From a virus (Duplodnaviria; Caudoviricetes), in IMG/VR virus record IMGVR_UViG_3300034062_005355: 64,000 nucleotides of DNA; one strand, written 5' to 3'. The position numbers and the translations under genes were made by a program. Shown piece by piece: positions 54,376 through 64,000 of the stretch. Each line of letters opens with the position of its first letter. Positions within the stretch are counted from its first letter, which is position 1. A model generated the notes under the pieces. It was given only the letters and a program-made list of their open reading frames with translations, did no database searches and had not been told where the DNA came from.

Positions 54376-55214
54376 TATCCATTTTCTGATTGATATTTTA
54401 TGACCCTATCGTCAACAAAGAAAAATTCTTTTTTTGCAGTTTGAACCCAAAATTTAACTTCGTCTTCTAACATTTTGTTTTCACCAAACTTATAATTCCA
54501 AAAAATTGAACCTTCTCTCATGTTGGTGTGTTTATACCCAAGTCTAGGTATTGTCATAATTGATACAGAATTGTAGGTTAATCTTAATAAAAACTCATAA
54601 ACAAACGTTAACTTGATTGAGGGTTTAAAACCTCCAAAGTCTTCAATAACTTGTTTTTTAATAACAGCGCCTGCTGTTTGGAAATTTTGATAGTCTTGTA
54701 AAGTTTCATTAGTTAAAAATCCCATTTCTTGACTAAAGTTTGCCGCAAAGGTTGCTTCATTGGTAAAACCGGCAAATAAACCTTTTTCGTCCGTTTCAAC
54801 AACCACAGGTAAAAATACTTGAGTTTCAGGATATGAACCAATGTATTTTTTAACATTTTTAAACCATATTGACGAGTATTCATCATCAAATTCAAATAAT
54901 GAAACCCAAATACCTTTTGCGTTTTTAACCCCAAAATTAACTTGTTCTGCATAACTAGGTTCTTTATCCCATAATAATTTTGTAACATTTATATCTCCAA
55001 AATCATAACCATTTAAATGGTTAACTAATGATTCTTCAGATGTGTGTACAATTATTAACTCTTCAATATCAACAGTTTGTGATTTAATTGAGGTTATTGC
55101 CTTTTCAAAATAGTCATTAAAATCTCTAGATTTTGATGATTTGATAGGTAGTATGATTGATAGTGATAATTTTTCGTTCATATTATTCTTCTGTTTTAGA
55201 TATTTGTTGTTCAA
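54375..55214 (-). CDS. GT-A (GT2-like) glycosyltransferase
   Basis: LSIILPI...FEFDDEY. Confidence 0.75.
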   Translation of the reverse strand: MNNKYLKQKNNMNEKLSLSIILPIKSSKSRDFNDYFEKAITSIKSQTVDIEELIIVHTSEESLVNHLNGYDFGDINVTKLLWDKEPSYAEQVNFGVKNAKGIWVSLFEFDDEYSSIWFKNVKKYIGSYPETQVFLPVVVETDEKGLFAGFTNEATFAANFSQEMGFLTNETLQDYQNFQTAGAVIKKQVIEDFGGFKPSIKLTFVYEFLLRLTYNSVSIMTIPRLGYKHTNMREGSIFWNYKFGENKMLEDEVKFWVQTAKKEFFFVDDRVIKYQSENG

Positions 55215-56235
55215 ACGACTCTGATCTTACGTTTAGGTAGTTTTCAAATAACGAAATTACCGTAGAGTCAAATTCTTGTTTATTAGTATAGTTTTCAACC
55301 GTTTTCTTCATGTTTTCATAAAGATCAGTCTTGATGTTATCTTCTAACCAATTTTGAATATAGTCAGCAATAAAATCACAAATCATTGTTTTGTTTGTTA
55401 ACCAAACACCATTATCATCATTCATCCATTCAGGTTGAATATTTGGAGTTTTACCAATAACAGGTACTCCTGATGCCATAGATTCTAATGGGAAGGTACC
55501 AAAACCACTCTCGTCATCAATCCAAACACTAACAAAACAATCTCTTAATGAGTTCGCAAATTCTTTTTCAGAAAGTCCTCTTAAGTCTCTAAATGTAAAC
55601 CATCTATATTGTGGAAATTTTAAATAAAAAGTCTTGATAATGTTAATAGTATCTTCTTGATTTTTAGTGTGAACTCCAATGATTGGCATTGGTGGGACAT
55701 TTTTCGGGTAAAAACTATCTGTAATTAAAGGTTTAATAATATCAAAACTTGATTGTCTCATAACCGTTTCAATATACTCCTGTTGTTTTGTTGTTGTTGT
55801 TAAACATTTAAAGAAACCATATTGAGCCCAATTTTGACCAGGTTGTAATGTTTCCACAATGTGATTATAGTTTTGGGTAAAAACTATTTTACCACAAGGT
55901 AAATTTTTAATTTGGTCCATCACGTACCCAAACAATTCAGGAACAACAATAAAATCTTCAGGCGCAATTTCTAAATTTTGACCTTCAATTGCTCTGTGAG
56001 GAATTGACATGTATTCTTCATCAAGCCACGCAACAACACCAGCATATTCTTTTTTCTCGTGAAGAATTATAGGATTAAATCCCGCATCTAATAGCGATTT
56101 TGCCATTTGATAAATTAATCTAACAGAAGCTTTTGCATTACCTTTAGTATCTTGAATAAGAAAATAAATTCTTGATTTTCTATCTTTTAGGTTTTGAATC
56201 GACTGTTTTACTTTTTCGTTTAACGATGTATCCAT
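55183..56235 (-). CDS. GT-B (GT4-like) glycosyltransferase
   Basis: ESGFGTFPLESMASGVPVI. Confidence 0.8.
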   Translation of the reverse strand: MDTSLNEKVKQSIQNLKDRKSRIYFLIQDTKGNAKASVRLIYQMAKSLLDAGFNPIILHEKKEYAGVVAWLDEEYMSIPHRAIEGQNLEIAPEDFIVVPELFGYVMDQIKNLPCGKIVFTQNYNHIVETLQPGQNWAQYGFFKCLTTTTKQQEYIETVMRQSSFDIIKPLITDSFYPKNVPPMPIIGVHTKNQEDTINIIKTFYLKFPQYRWFTFRDLRGLSEKEFANSLRDCFVSVWIDDESGFGTFPLESMASGVPVIGKTPNIQPEWMNDDNGVWLTNKTMICDFIADYIQNWLEDNIKTDLYENMKKTVENYTNKQEFDSTVISLFENYLNVRSESFEQQISKTEE

Positions 56236-56236
56236 A

Positions 56237-56518
56237 TTAATAATGATTTATAAGTTTTTTATTTAATAAGCTATTAAAAGCTAACCTGAAAGGTATACTT
56301 GTATTTGAACTTGATTTCATTCCTAACTGCTCATCAATTTCTTCATGCTCAGTTAAAATGGTGTCCACCAACATTTTTACCATTTCAAATTTTATGATGT
56401 TAATCCTTGTTTCTGTGTTACCTGAAGTTTCACCTTCAGTATATTGGTTAGACATGTCCAAATATTCTTCAATTTTGTCTAAATCAATATAGTAGTTTTC
56501 TCCTAATACTTTAATCAT
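56237..56518 (-). CDS. hypothetical protein
   Basis: Operon arrangement. Confidence 0.65.
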   Translation of the reverse strand: MIKVLGENYYIDLDKIEEYLDMSNQYTEGETSGNTETRINIIKFEMVKMLVDTILTEHEEIDEQLGMKSSSNTSIPFRLAFNSLLNKKLINHY

Positions 56519-57107
56519 ATAGCTCTTTTATTTTTGTTTGTAATTCTTTTATTTTTGTTATCGAATGTTCTGTTTCAACATCCTTGTTATATAATGTTTC
56601 ATATTTTATAACAATTTTTCCTTCAGGATGATTTAATAATAAGTTAGGATTTGCTGTAAGTAAAACGTCTATTGAATTCCACATTGAATTAATTGTTGGT
56701 TCACTATAAAATTTAACCATTTCAACAAGACAACCAAATTTTGAAATGAAGAATAGAGACGCTGGTTTTGATTTACCAATTTCATCGGAAACGATTAAAA
56801 TATCATGATTATCTCTCATATCTAAATAAAAGTCGTTGAAATCCATCATACTTGATACCTCAACTGAACCCGCATGACCGAAGATTTCCATGGTATGTTC
56901 TTTGTATAAAAAATTATACAGTTCATCTTCATCTTTAAATTTCAAGTGTTTACCAATATCTAAACTACTCAAGTCAGAAATTACCTCATATTCAGATTTT
57001 TCCTCGTCTTCTTTGAATGGATTATCCAAATACCATTTTTCGTATTCCTGTTGTATTTTTTTTAAAGTATCTCGTAAAACACCATTTAACTCTATTGCAA
57101 TTCTCAT
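56511..57107 (-). CDS. HAD-like protein with a degenerate catalytic motif
   Basis: MRIAIELNGVLRD (DxD replaced by ExN); resembles 5'-nucleotidase-type HADs. Confidence 0.55.
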   Translation of the reverse strand: MRIAIELNGVLRDTLKKIQQEYEKWYLDNPFKEDEEKSEYEVISDLSSLDIGKHLKFKDEDELYNFLYKEHTMEIFGHAGSVEVSSMMDFNDFYLDMRDNHDILIVSDEIGKSKPASLFFISKFGCLVEMVKFYSEPTINSMWNSIDVLLTANPNLLLNHPEGKIVIKYETLYNKDVETEHSITKIKELQTKIKELYD

Positions 57108-57853
57108 TCTGTTTCGTTATCGTATTTTTGTAATATTTTACTAATTAAAGGATTTCTAACAATATCGTTTTTATCTTTAAATTCAAATGTTGAAATATAT
57201 TTGTCGTCTCTAAATTTTTCAATTGCATCCCATAATCCACTGTGAGTTTTATTTTTGTATCTATCTGATTGCTCAACATCGCCAGATATAAAGAATTTAC
57301 TATTAAACCCAATTCTTGTCAATAGTAATTTCATTTGACTTGGTGTTGCGTTTTGACCCTCTTCAAAAATTAAAATTGAGTTATCAATATTCATACCTCT
57401 CATAAACGCCAATGCAAACACCTCAACAATTTCAAGTTCTTTTAATTTTTCTCTAATTTCTTTTCCTACAATTTTATTTAACAAATAATAAGACGGGAAA
57501 ATATAAGGGTCTAATTTTTCTTCAACATTACCAGGTAAACTACCTAATTTTTCTTCAGCCTCAACTGCAGGTCTTACTATAATAATCTTTTCATAAGGTG
57601 TGTTTGGATCAGCAAGTAAATCAATTGCTGCTTTCATAGTAATATAACTTTTACCTACCCCTGCTGGACCTGAACATACCGTAACTTCACTTGAGGTTAA
57701 TGTATCGTAGTATCTTTTTTGTGTTTGAGTTAGAAATTTTTCTTTGGTTTTCTTTTTTAATATTGAACAGATTACTTCTTTTCTTGTTTTATTGTGACCT
57801 TCTTCCATTGAAGGAGTGGGTACTGGTGATTTTTTTTGTCTTGTATTTGCCAT
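57104..57853 (-). CDS. phoH: PhoH-family ATPase
   Basis: GPAGVGKS, RPAVE, MRGMNI, EEGQNAT, GDVEQSD and DIVRNP. Confidence 0.92.
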   Translation of the reverse strand: MANTRQKKSPVPTPSMEEGHNKTRKEVICSILKKKTKEKFLTQTQKRYYDTLTSSEVTVCSGPAGVGKSYITMKAAIDLLADPNTPYEKIIIVRPAVEAEEKLGSLPGNVEEKLDPYIFPSYYLLNKIVGKEIREKLKELEIVEVFALAFMRGMNIDNSILIFEEGQNATPSQMKLLLTRIGFNSKFFISGDVEQSDRYKNKTHSGLWDAIEKFRDDKYISTFEFKDKNDIVRNPLISKILQKYDNETE

Positions 57854-57868
57854 TTAAATTTGTTTTTT

Positions 57869-58933
57869 TTATAAGTTATCAACTTGAGATTTAATCCATT
57901 CATATGTTTTTTTAAGACCGATGGACAAGGGTTGATTTACTTCCCAACCAATTGCACTTTTATATAATCTATTATCTGAATTTCTTCCTTTAACGCCTAA
58001 AGGGCATTTAAATCCGTATTTATTAAAAAATTCTTCTCCTTCTATATTTTTAATTTTTATGTCTTTACCTGAAATAGCAATTGCCATACTTGCAAGTTGA
58101 TTGATTGTCACCATTTCTTCACTACCAATATTAACTGGTTTTGATAATTCTGAATCCATTAATCTTAACACCGCTTCAACGCACTCATCAACGTATAAGA
58201 ATGAACGTGTTTGCACACCACTACCCCAAACTTCAATCTCACCACCATCAGGTGTTTCGGCAGCTTTTCTACACATCGCTGCTGGCGATTTTTCTTTACC
58301 ACCCTTCCAAGTTCCCATTGGTCCAAAAATGTTATGAAATCTTGCAATTCTAACATTTAATCCATAGTTTCTATGAAATGATAAAAATAATCTTTCCGAA
58401 AATAATTTTTCCCATCCATATTCGGAATCTGGGTTTGCGGGATAAGCAGAATATTCTTCACAATTTGGATTGTTAGGGTCTAACTGATTATGTTCAGGAT
58501 ACATACATGCCGATGACGAGTAAAATACTTTTTTAACTCCTTGTTCGACACATTCTTTAGCAACATTTAAGTTAATCATCGCCGAGTTATGCATAACATC
58601 CGCATCGTGTTCTCCTGTAAAAATATATCCTGCACCACCCATATCTGCTGCAAGTTGATAAACTTCGTCAAACGAAGTTACTTCGGAATAAGGTTGTTTG
58701 AGATATGAAAATGGTATAATTTTATTTTCGTAAGTTTCTACTCTAATAACTGCTTCCACATTTTTTGGGTCACGTAAATCGTAAGTTAAAAATTCATTAC
58801 ACATTTCTTCAGGTGTAAAATATTCGTGACTTTTTATGTCGACTACTCTTACGTAGTTACCTTCATCTTTTAATTTTTTTGCCAAGTGACCACCTATAAA
58901 TCCGCCGCCACCAAGAATTAATATTTTTTTCAT
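57869..58933 (-). CDS. NAD-dependent epimerase, GDP-mannose 3,5-epimerase-like
   Basis: GGGGFIG, QLAADMGGAGY, YSSSACMYP, YGWEK, RFHNIFGP and EKSPAAMCRK. Confidence 0.88.
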   Translation of the reverse strand: MKKILILGGGGFIGGHLAKKLKDEGNYVRVVDIKSHEYFTPEEMCNEFLTYDLRDPKNVEAVIRVETYENKIIPFSYLKQPYSEVTSFDEVYQLAADMGGAGYIFTGEHDADVMHNSAMINLNVAKECVEQGVKKVFYSSSACMYPEHNQLDPNNPNCEEYSAYPANPDSEYGWEKLFSERLFLSFHRNYGLNVRIARFHNIFGPMGTWKGGKEKSPAAMCRKAAETPDGGEIEVWGSGVQTRSFLYVDECVEAVLRLMDSELSKPVNIGSEEMVTINQLASMAIAISGKDIKIKNIEGEEFFNKYGFKCPLGVKGRNSDNRLYKSAIGWEVNQPLSIGLKKTYEWIKSQVDNL

Positions 58934-58935
58934 AA

Positions 58936-59316
58936 TTAATATTCTACGTATTCTTTAACTTCTCTAATTTCAGAAGAAGTTCTTTCGTTTATTTCATTTT
59001 TTAATTTGAATCTTTTATCATTTGTGTGATATACATTTCTTGAAAGTTCAATAAACTTTGAATTAAAAATTTTTTCAGTTTCAATAATTCTTAACATATC
59101 TTCAATCTCCCATAGTTTTGAATTAGTATCAACTAACTCGTGGTATAATTTTGTTATTTCTTCATCGTTTAAATAATCTGAAGAGAAGTTATATAATAAT
59201 TCAAATTCTTTATTAACGTACACCAATTTTTCAAGGTTAGTTATTTTTATTTTTTTAACGTGAAGGATTGATAATTTGTCAATTAATTCTCCAACACTAA
59301 CAGGTATTGTAATCAT
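58936..59316 (-). CDS. DUF6165-like protein
   Basis: IPVSVGELIDKLSIL...N..LWEIED...ND.R. Confidence 0.65.
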   Translation of the reverse strand: MITIPVSVGELIDKLSILHVKKIKITNLEKLVYVNKEFELLYNFSSDYLNDEEITKLYHELVDTNSKLWEIEDMLRIIETEKIFNSKFIELSRNVYHTNDKRFKLKNEINERTSSEIREVKEYVEY

Positions 59317-59318
59317 AG

Positions 59319-59903
59319 TTATTTTTTTTTAAAAATCATTATGGTTTTTAGAAACCAAGATGCAATTGCAGGTGAAACTGAATTACGTGCACTCATACTA
59401 TCATTTTCCAAGTAGTCAAAACCTAAATCATTCATTTTTAAAATAACTTCATCATTATTCATACAATTAACATGACCATCACCTAATTGACCAATGATGG
59501 CCCAAGACAATATTATTTTATTTGTAGTGAGTGATGTAATGTTATCTAAAAAAATTGATTCATATTGCTTTGGTATATGTTCACCAACTTCTAAACAAAT
59601 TGTGTTGTATGCGTTATTTTTTAAATTGTCATAATTTTTATAGTTTTTTATTGGGTTTGACAAATCCCAATTTTTAATAAATTTTAGACTTCCCTTTCTA
59701 ACCTCACCTTCAAATCCGTGTAAGTTTGTGAATCCATTGTTATGTAAATTTTTAAGATAATCCCCAAAACCACATCCAAAATCAATTAATTGTTTATCCT
59801 TATCATCCTGTAGGTAATTTAAAATCCAATTTGCTAAGCTTGGGTCATGCACATGGATTGCTTCTGTGTCATCTGATGTCCAATATCCTGTTTCTGTTAT
59901 CAT
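59319..59903 (-). CDS. SAM-dependent methyltransferase
   Basis: LIDFGCGFG and CLEVGEHI. Confidence 0.8.
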   Translation of the reverse strand: MITETGYWTSDDTEAIHVHDPSLANWILNYLQDDKDKQLIDFGCGFGDYLKNLHNNGFTNLHGFEGEVRKGSLKFIKNWDLSNPIKNYKNYDNLKNNAYNTICLEVGEHIPKQYESIFLDNITSLTTNKIILSWAIIGQLGDGHVNCMNNDEVILKMNDLGFDYLENDSMSARNSVSPAIASWFLKTIMIFKKK

Positions 59904-59904
59904 T

Positions 59905-61692
59905 TTATTTTTTATAAAAAAGTTTATCGTTTTCTAAAGTTTCTCTCACTTCAAAATTATTCTCAATAAGAATAGTTTCCATGTCACCTAAAGAATTCCC
60001 ATTATTTTCTGTTAAGTTTTTATCCCATTCAAGATAAATGTAAACATCGTTACAATTTTTAAGAAATCCTGTCATGCCCTCCAACACTTCTTTTTCAAAT
60101 CCTTGAACGTCAATTTTAATAAATCCAATATTAAGATTTTTATTTTTTTTAATCCAATCATCAAACGTGGTGCAATTAACTGTTTCTTCAATATAATTTT
60201 TACTAAATGACATATTACTTATTGCAACATCTTTATTAAAAGATGTGTTGTCTGAACAATATGGTATGTAGATTGTTTCTTTTTTTGTTTTATTAGAAAC
60301 TCCCATATTTACAATATTAAAATTATTACATTTGTTTTCTTCTCTTCCTAATTCTAACAATTTTATATTCATTCGTACAGGTTCAAAACCGTATACTTCA
60401 TATCCGTTTAGTGAGGATGGAATACTAAATAAACCACAATTTGCACCAATATCAATAATAATTTTTGATTTATCTACCAAACTTATTAACTCTTGTAATT
60501 TACTATATTCTTTATATTCCTCATTTACAACATTAGTTTTTTGGTAATAAAGATTTGTAAAATAATCGTAGTTATATATTACGTAATTTAGATTATAACT
60601 ATTTTTAAATTCATATCTGTTTATACTTGTTGATATCTTATTATTTATTTTTTCAAAATATTTGTCGTAGTCAAAATCATCTTGTTTAATTTTTGTTTTA
60701 TCAAAAATTTTAGATTTAATTTTTTTAGAATCTCTTTCTGAAATATATTTTTCAAAATATTTTTCATAATCAAAATCTTTAAGGTTATTCACGTAATAGT
60801 GTTCACCAACAATTAATTTAAATTCGTTAGGGTCTTTATTACTACCATCAATATCGCTATGACTAACCCTTTGGTTTGCCATTCCTGGAGTAAAAGAATA
60901 ACAATTTAACTTACTTTCAATTTTGGAGCAATACACATGGTCAATTGCATAAGTGTCGGCAATGTTTTCATCAATCAATTTTAAAATTTTATCAATTGAT
61001 TTTGGGTTAACCAAATAAGCATGTGTTGTAAATGCGCCATAAACTCTGTGGATATATTTTGTATCAGTTAATTCAAAATCACCTGAAGGGTTCCATCTAT
61101 CTTTATGTTCATTCAAATGGTAGTACGATGATAAAAAGAATATATCCCAATCTAAATTAAAGTTGTCTTCAATATACTTAAACCTGTCCAAAAAATCTTC
61201 ACATAATTCAACATCATCTTCAAATATACCTAAAATTTTATTACTGTCATGTGTTTTAAGTAATTTATAGTGTGAAAGAAAACAACCCTTTTGACCTTTA
61301 CTGTAAGCCTTTGGAAAATTAACATCATATTCATTATCATCAACAATTGCGTCAAAAAATTCATAGTTTATATTAAACTTTGGTAAATGAGAGTTAATCC
61401 AATCCCTTCTATCATTTCTTTTTTTTAGATTAATACATTTAAAATCTATATCATCTAATTTAATTTTATTAAATTTAGTCTTACTTGGGGGTAAATTTTC
61501 TAAAGAATCTATTTTTTTATTTAAAAACCAAGAAGCTTTTTTTAATTCTTCCAAATCATTAAAATCTTTATTTTTTGAATTTAAAATGTGAAACAATGAA
61601 TTACCAACAGTGTATGACAAATTCCAATTCTCAATAACATCTATTATATTTTTATCTAAATTCATATATTTTTGTTTACCCAAGACTCCCAA
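59905..61692 (-). CDS. fusion: DUF3310-like N-terminus, GT25 glycosyltransferase and FkbM methyltransferase
   Basis: INLKKRNDRR, GCFLSHY and FEDD (GT25); IDIGANCG and IKIDVQGFE (FkbM). Confidence 0.8.
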   Translation of the reverse strand: MGVLGKQKYMNLDKNIIDVIENWNLSYTVGNSLFHILNSKNKDFNDLEELKKASWFLNKKIDSLENLPPSKTKFNKIKLDDIDFKCINLKKRNDRRDWINSHLPKFNINYEFFDAIVDDNEYDVNFPKAYSKGQKGCFLSHYKLLKTHDSNKILGIFEDDVELCEDFLDRFKYIEDNFNLDWDIFFLSSYYHLNEHKDRWNPSGDFELTDTKYIHRVYGAFTTHAYLVNPKSIDKILKLIDENIADTYAIDHVYCSKIESKLNCYSFTPGMANQRVSHSDIDGSNKDPNEFKLIVGEHYYVNNLKDFDYEKYFEKYISERDSKKIKSKIFDKTKIKQDDFDYDKYFEKINNKISTSINRYEFKNSYNLNYVIYNYDYFTNLYYQKTNVVNEEYKEYSKLQELISLVDKSKIIIDIGANCGLFSIPSSLNGYEVYGFEPVRMNIKLLELGREENKCNNFNIVNMGVSNKTKKETIYIPYCSDNTSFNKDVAISNMSFSKNYIEETVNCTTFDDWIKKNKNLNIGFIKIDVQGFEKEVLEGMTGFLKNCNDVYIYLEWDKNLTENNGNSLGDMETILIENNFEVRETLENDKLFYKK

Positions 61693-62279
61693 ACAAAGTC
61701 ATATTTATAATTGATTTCAAATCCATTTCCTTTTAATCCCTCAAATATTTTTTCATAGTTTTCTTCATAATTTTCACAAAAGGTATGAAATTGTATTTGT
61801 AGGTATTTTACATTTTTTAAAAATCCTGTCTCAATCCAATTTAAAAGTAATGGATATTCTTCACATTCAATGTTAATTTGAATTAAGTCAATTTTATTTA
61901 AATTATATTTGGATATAAAATAACCAATGTCGTACGAATCAACACTAATTTTTCTTTTTGAAACTTCAATTGTTTCTGAAGTTGCACACCCATTAACATA
62001 CAAGTTTATTTTTTTATTTGATGTTGATATTGCAACTCCTTCAATGTTAACTTTTGGATTTTCACCAAAATTACGTGTTAACTCATAAACAAAATTAGGG
62101 ACTGGTTCCACAATAATTAAGTTTGGATTAAACTTATCAATAATTTTTTTAGACCATACTCCAGTAAATCCACCAAGTTCAATTACTTGGGAATTAGAAT
62201 CTAACGGATAATCAATAATTTTAATTTCATCTCCTCTATCTCTTTCCCACATTTCTTGTGGGGTTAAAACATTTTCCAT
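61662..62279 (-). CDS. FkbM-family methyltransferase
   Basis: IELGGFTG, VEPV and QINIECEEY. Confidence 0.8.
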   Translation of the reverse strand: MENVLTPQEMWERDRGDEIKIIDYPLDSNSQVIELGGFTGVWSKKIIDKFNPNLIIVEPVPNFVYELTRNFGENPKVNIEGVAISTSNKKINLYVNGCATSETIEVSKRKISVDSYDIGYFISKYNLNKIDLIQINIECEEYPLLLNWIETGFLKNVKYLQIQFHTFCENYEENYEKIFEGLKGNGFEINYKYDFVWESWVNKNI

Positions 62280-62284
62280 ATTTC

Positions 62285-63124
62285 TTATTGATTAATTCTT
62301 TTCCAAGTTATTGGTAATAACGCACTCCTATCGTGTTGAGTGTATGCCGAACCAAACCAATCTTCTTCTTTAGGACAACAAACTATCTTATTTTTATTTT
62401 TACTTAAAAATGATGACCACCAAGAAAATGTACTATTTGCAATAACAAAATGTTGACATAAACTTTGTGATACGAAATCTGTTATATAGTCGCTGTCGTA
62501 ATCAAAATAGACAACTGTAACTCCAAATTTTTCAAACTTACCAAAAATAAAATCTTTGGTGTCTTCGTTATCTGTAAAAATTAAAATTTCATCAATTTTA
62601 GTTTCATTTAAAATAAAATTTATTGCATTTTCATAATAGTTAAGTGACATTGTTGGGTGCCACTTTTCAAAACCCTTATGACCACCACCAGTTTTTCTAT
62701 CATATACATCTCCCCACCTAACATGAACACATAATTTTATTGTGTCTTTGGACATTTTAGATAATGCTTTATCAATCCTTTCTTTAGAAAAAGATAATTC
62801 TTCAATTACCTCATTTTCAAATCCCTCAAGATATTTCCACGATTGGAAAAATCCATTTATTTCCAAAAGACCTGAATTGCTAGGTATGTCGTGATATGCA
62901 AATGATGGTTCTTGGTGTGTTGATGATACATTATGTTTAATATCATTTACTGATATTTTATTTTTTAAATTGGGAAACAAATCGCAGTGATCCCATTCTT
63001 TTGGGATGTAATATTCAACATTACGTTTCATTGATTCTCCAACTACCGCACCAATTCTAAAAAGTTGATTTCCAAATCTACCTTTTTCATGGTGTAATAT
63101 TTCGGTATTAGTTAGTCCTATCAT
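62285..63124 (-). CDS. GT11 alpha-1,2-fucosyltransferase-like protein
   Basis: GRFGNQLF, GFFQSWKY, VHVRWGD and ANSTFSWW. Confidence 0.88.
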   Translation of the reverse strand: MIGLTNTEILHHEKGRFGNQLFRIGAVVGESMKRNVEYYIPKEWDHCDLFPNLKNKISVNDIKHNVSSTHQEPSFAYHDIPSNSGLLEINGFFQSWKYLEGFENEVIEELSFSKERIDKALSKMSKDTIKLCVHVRWGDVYDRKTGGGHKGFEKWHPTMSLNYYENAINFILNETKIDEILIFTDNEDTKDFIFGKFEKFGVTVVYFDYDSDYITDFVSQSLCQHFVIANSTFSWWSSFLSKNKNKIVCCPKEEDWFGSAYTQHDRSALLPITWKRINQ

Positions 63125-63138
63125 AATTTTGATATGTT

Positions 63139-64000
63139 TTAATTAAATTTATCGTATTTCTCTCTATATTCAATATTGTTATAATAATCTAACATTGATT
63201 TATAGTCCATAGCCAATAATTTATCACACAATTTATGATTTTTGTCGTAATATTTATTATCCCCGTTACTAAATGGTGTTCTTGAATGTTCAAAATGATA
63301 CACAAGATTATCTACTCTTGATACATTATATTTTAAAGTTATAAACCTATTTTCTCTTTCTTGGTCTTCAGGTCCATATCCAATAAAATTTTCATTTTCT
63401 CCACCACATTTTCTATATTTTTTTGTATTTGCAAAAACACAATGACCATATTTTGACGTAAAAGTTTTTAGTAAATTAGTATCAATTGAATTTATATCAA
63501 AATTTATATTAAACTCATCCCTGTTAAAACTTAAAGAAATTTCCCTTTGAAATTCACCATCACCGTAAGGATAAACAAAATCTGAATTACCATTAAGTAT
63601 TAAATTTTGTGACTCAACGTAAGAGTCAACAGGTAAAATAACGTCAATATCATAATTAACAACTACAGGTGTTTTTACAATATTTAACATTTCGTTTAAT
63701 TGTTTTGTTCTGTGGTAGTAATCCAAATTATCTTTTTGAAGAATGTGATTTATTTTTAAGTTTTTTAATGAACTAATAAAATCTAATTTACTTTCTTCTT
63801 TAGTTAATTCATGTATAATAACATTTGTTTTAAAATTTTTATTTAAAAACCCAAGTACACTTACAGCGTTATTATATCTGTCCTTGGATTCAACACAAAC
63901 TGGAATAATAAATGTTGTTTTTGTTAAGTCTTTTACGTCAATATCTAACTCATCAGTTTCGTCTTGTAAAGTAAAATCATTATCTTCTAATTTTTGTATT
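63139..64000 (-). CDS. GT2/GT7-like glycosyltransferase (5' end outside the window)
   Basis: Frame stays open to the window edge (TFIIPV...DRYNN); YDIDV, GGENENFIGYGPED and YHFEH motifs. Confidence 0.8.
   Translation of the reverse strand, partial: IQKLEDNDFTLQDETDELDIDVKDLTKTTFIIPVCVESKDRYNNAVSVLGFLNKNFKTNVIIHELTKEESKLDFISSLKNLKINHILQKDNLDYYHRTKQLNEMLNIVKTPVVVNYDIDVILPVDSYVESQNLILNGNSDFVYPYGDGEFQREISLSFNRDEFNINFDINSIDTNLLKTFTSKYGHCVFANTKKYRKCGGENENFIGYGPEDQERENRFITLKYNVSRVDNLVYHFEHSRTPFSNGDNKYYDKNHKLCDKLLAMDYKSMLDYYNNIEYREKYDKFN

Noticed and set aside
27299-60547. Numerous 60-100-aa ORFs nested in or antisense to long genes
   Set aside because: They are shadow frames of well-supported CDSs with no initiation signals or motifs.
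1-64000. Stop-codon recoding
   Set aside because: Long core genes are intact in the standard code, genes end in TAA, TAG and TGA, and there is no CTA/TCA-anticodon tRNA.

Overview
This window is a segment of a large AT-rich T4-like (myovirus-type) phage genome. The host is most likely a Bacteroidota species: TAnnTTTG/TTTG promoters recur, and the phage carries bS21 and a Bacteroidota-style tmRNA resume context. 1-4.4 kb holds small accessory genes, including a phosphoesterase, three tandem paralogues, a cyclic-phosphate receiver domain and mgsA. 2.9-17.5 kb is an RNA-rich island with 24 tRNAs covering all 20 amino acids, a GIY-YIG endonuclease and several unassigned structured RNAs. Its most striking feature, at 8.8-13.9 kb, is an array of 13 complete and 1 truncated tRNA-Leu-like elements. 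These keep the acceptor stem, D arm and T arm but replace the anticodon/variable region with unrelated inserts, and they are interleaved with short ORFs and hairpin-closed spacers. Two leader-peptide/terminator/antiterminator elements sit upstream of tRNA blocks. 17.5-30.4 kb holds an aminotransferase, peptidases, PspC, a HAD RNA-repair domain, tmRNA, an N-terminally truncated ClpC with a divergent UVR-motif gene, KTSC and a nucleotidyltransferase. 30.5-44.2 kb is the head module (terminase, portal, bS21, prohead protease, scaffold, major capsid). 46-64 kb (minus strand) holds an HNH endonuclease, baseplate-like genes, a late sigma-like factor, PhoH and a glycosylation/methylation cluster. All family names come from motif recognition by eye; no database search was run.
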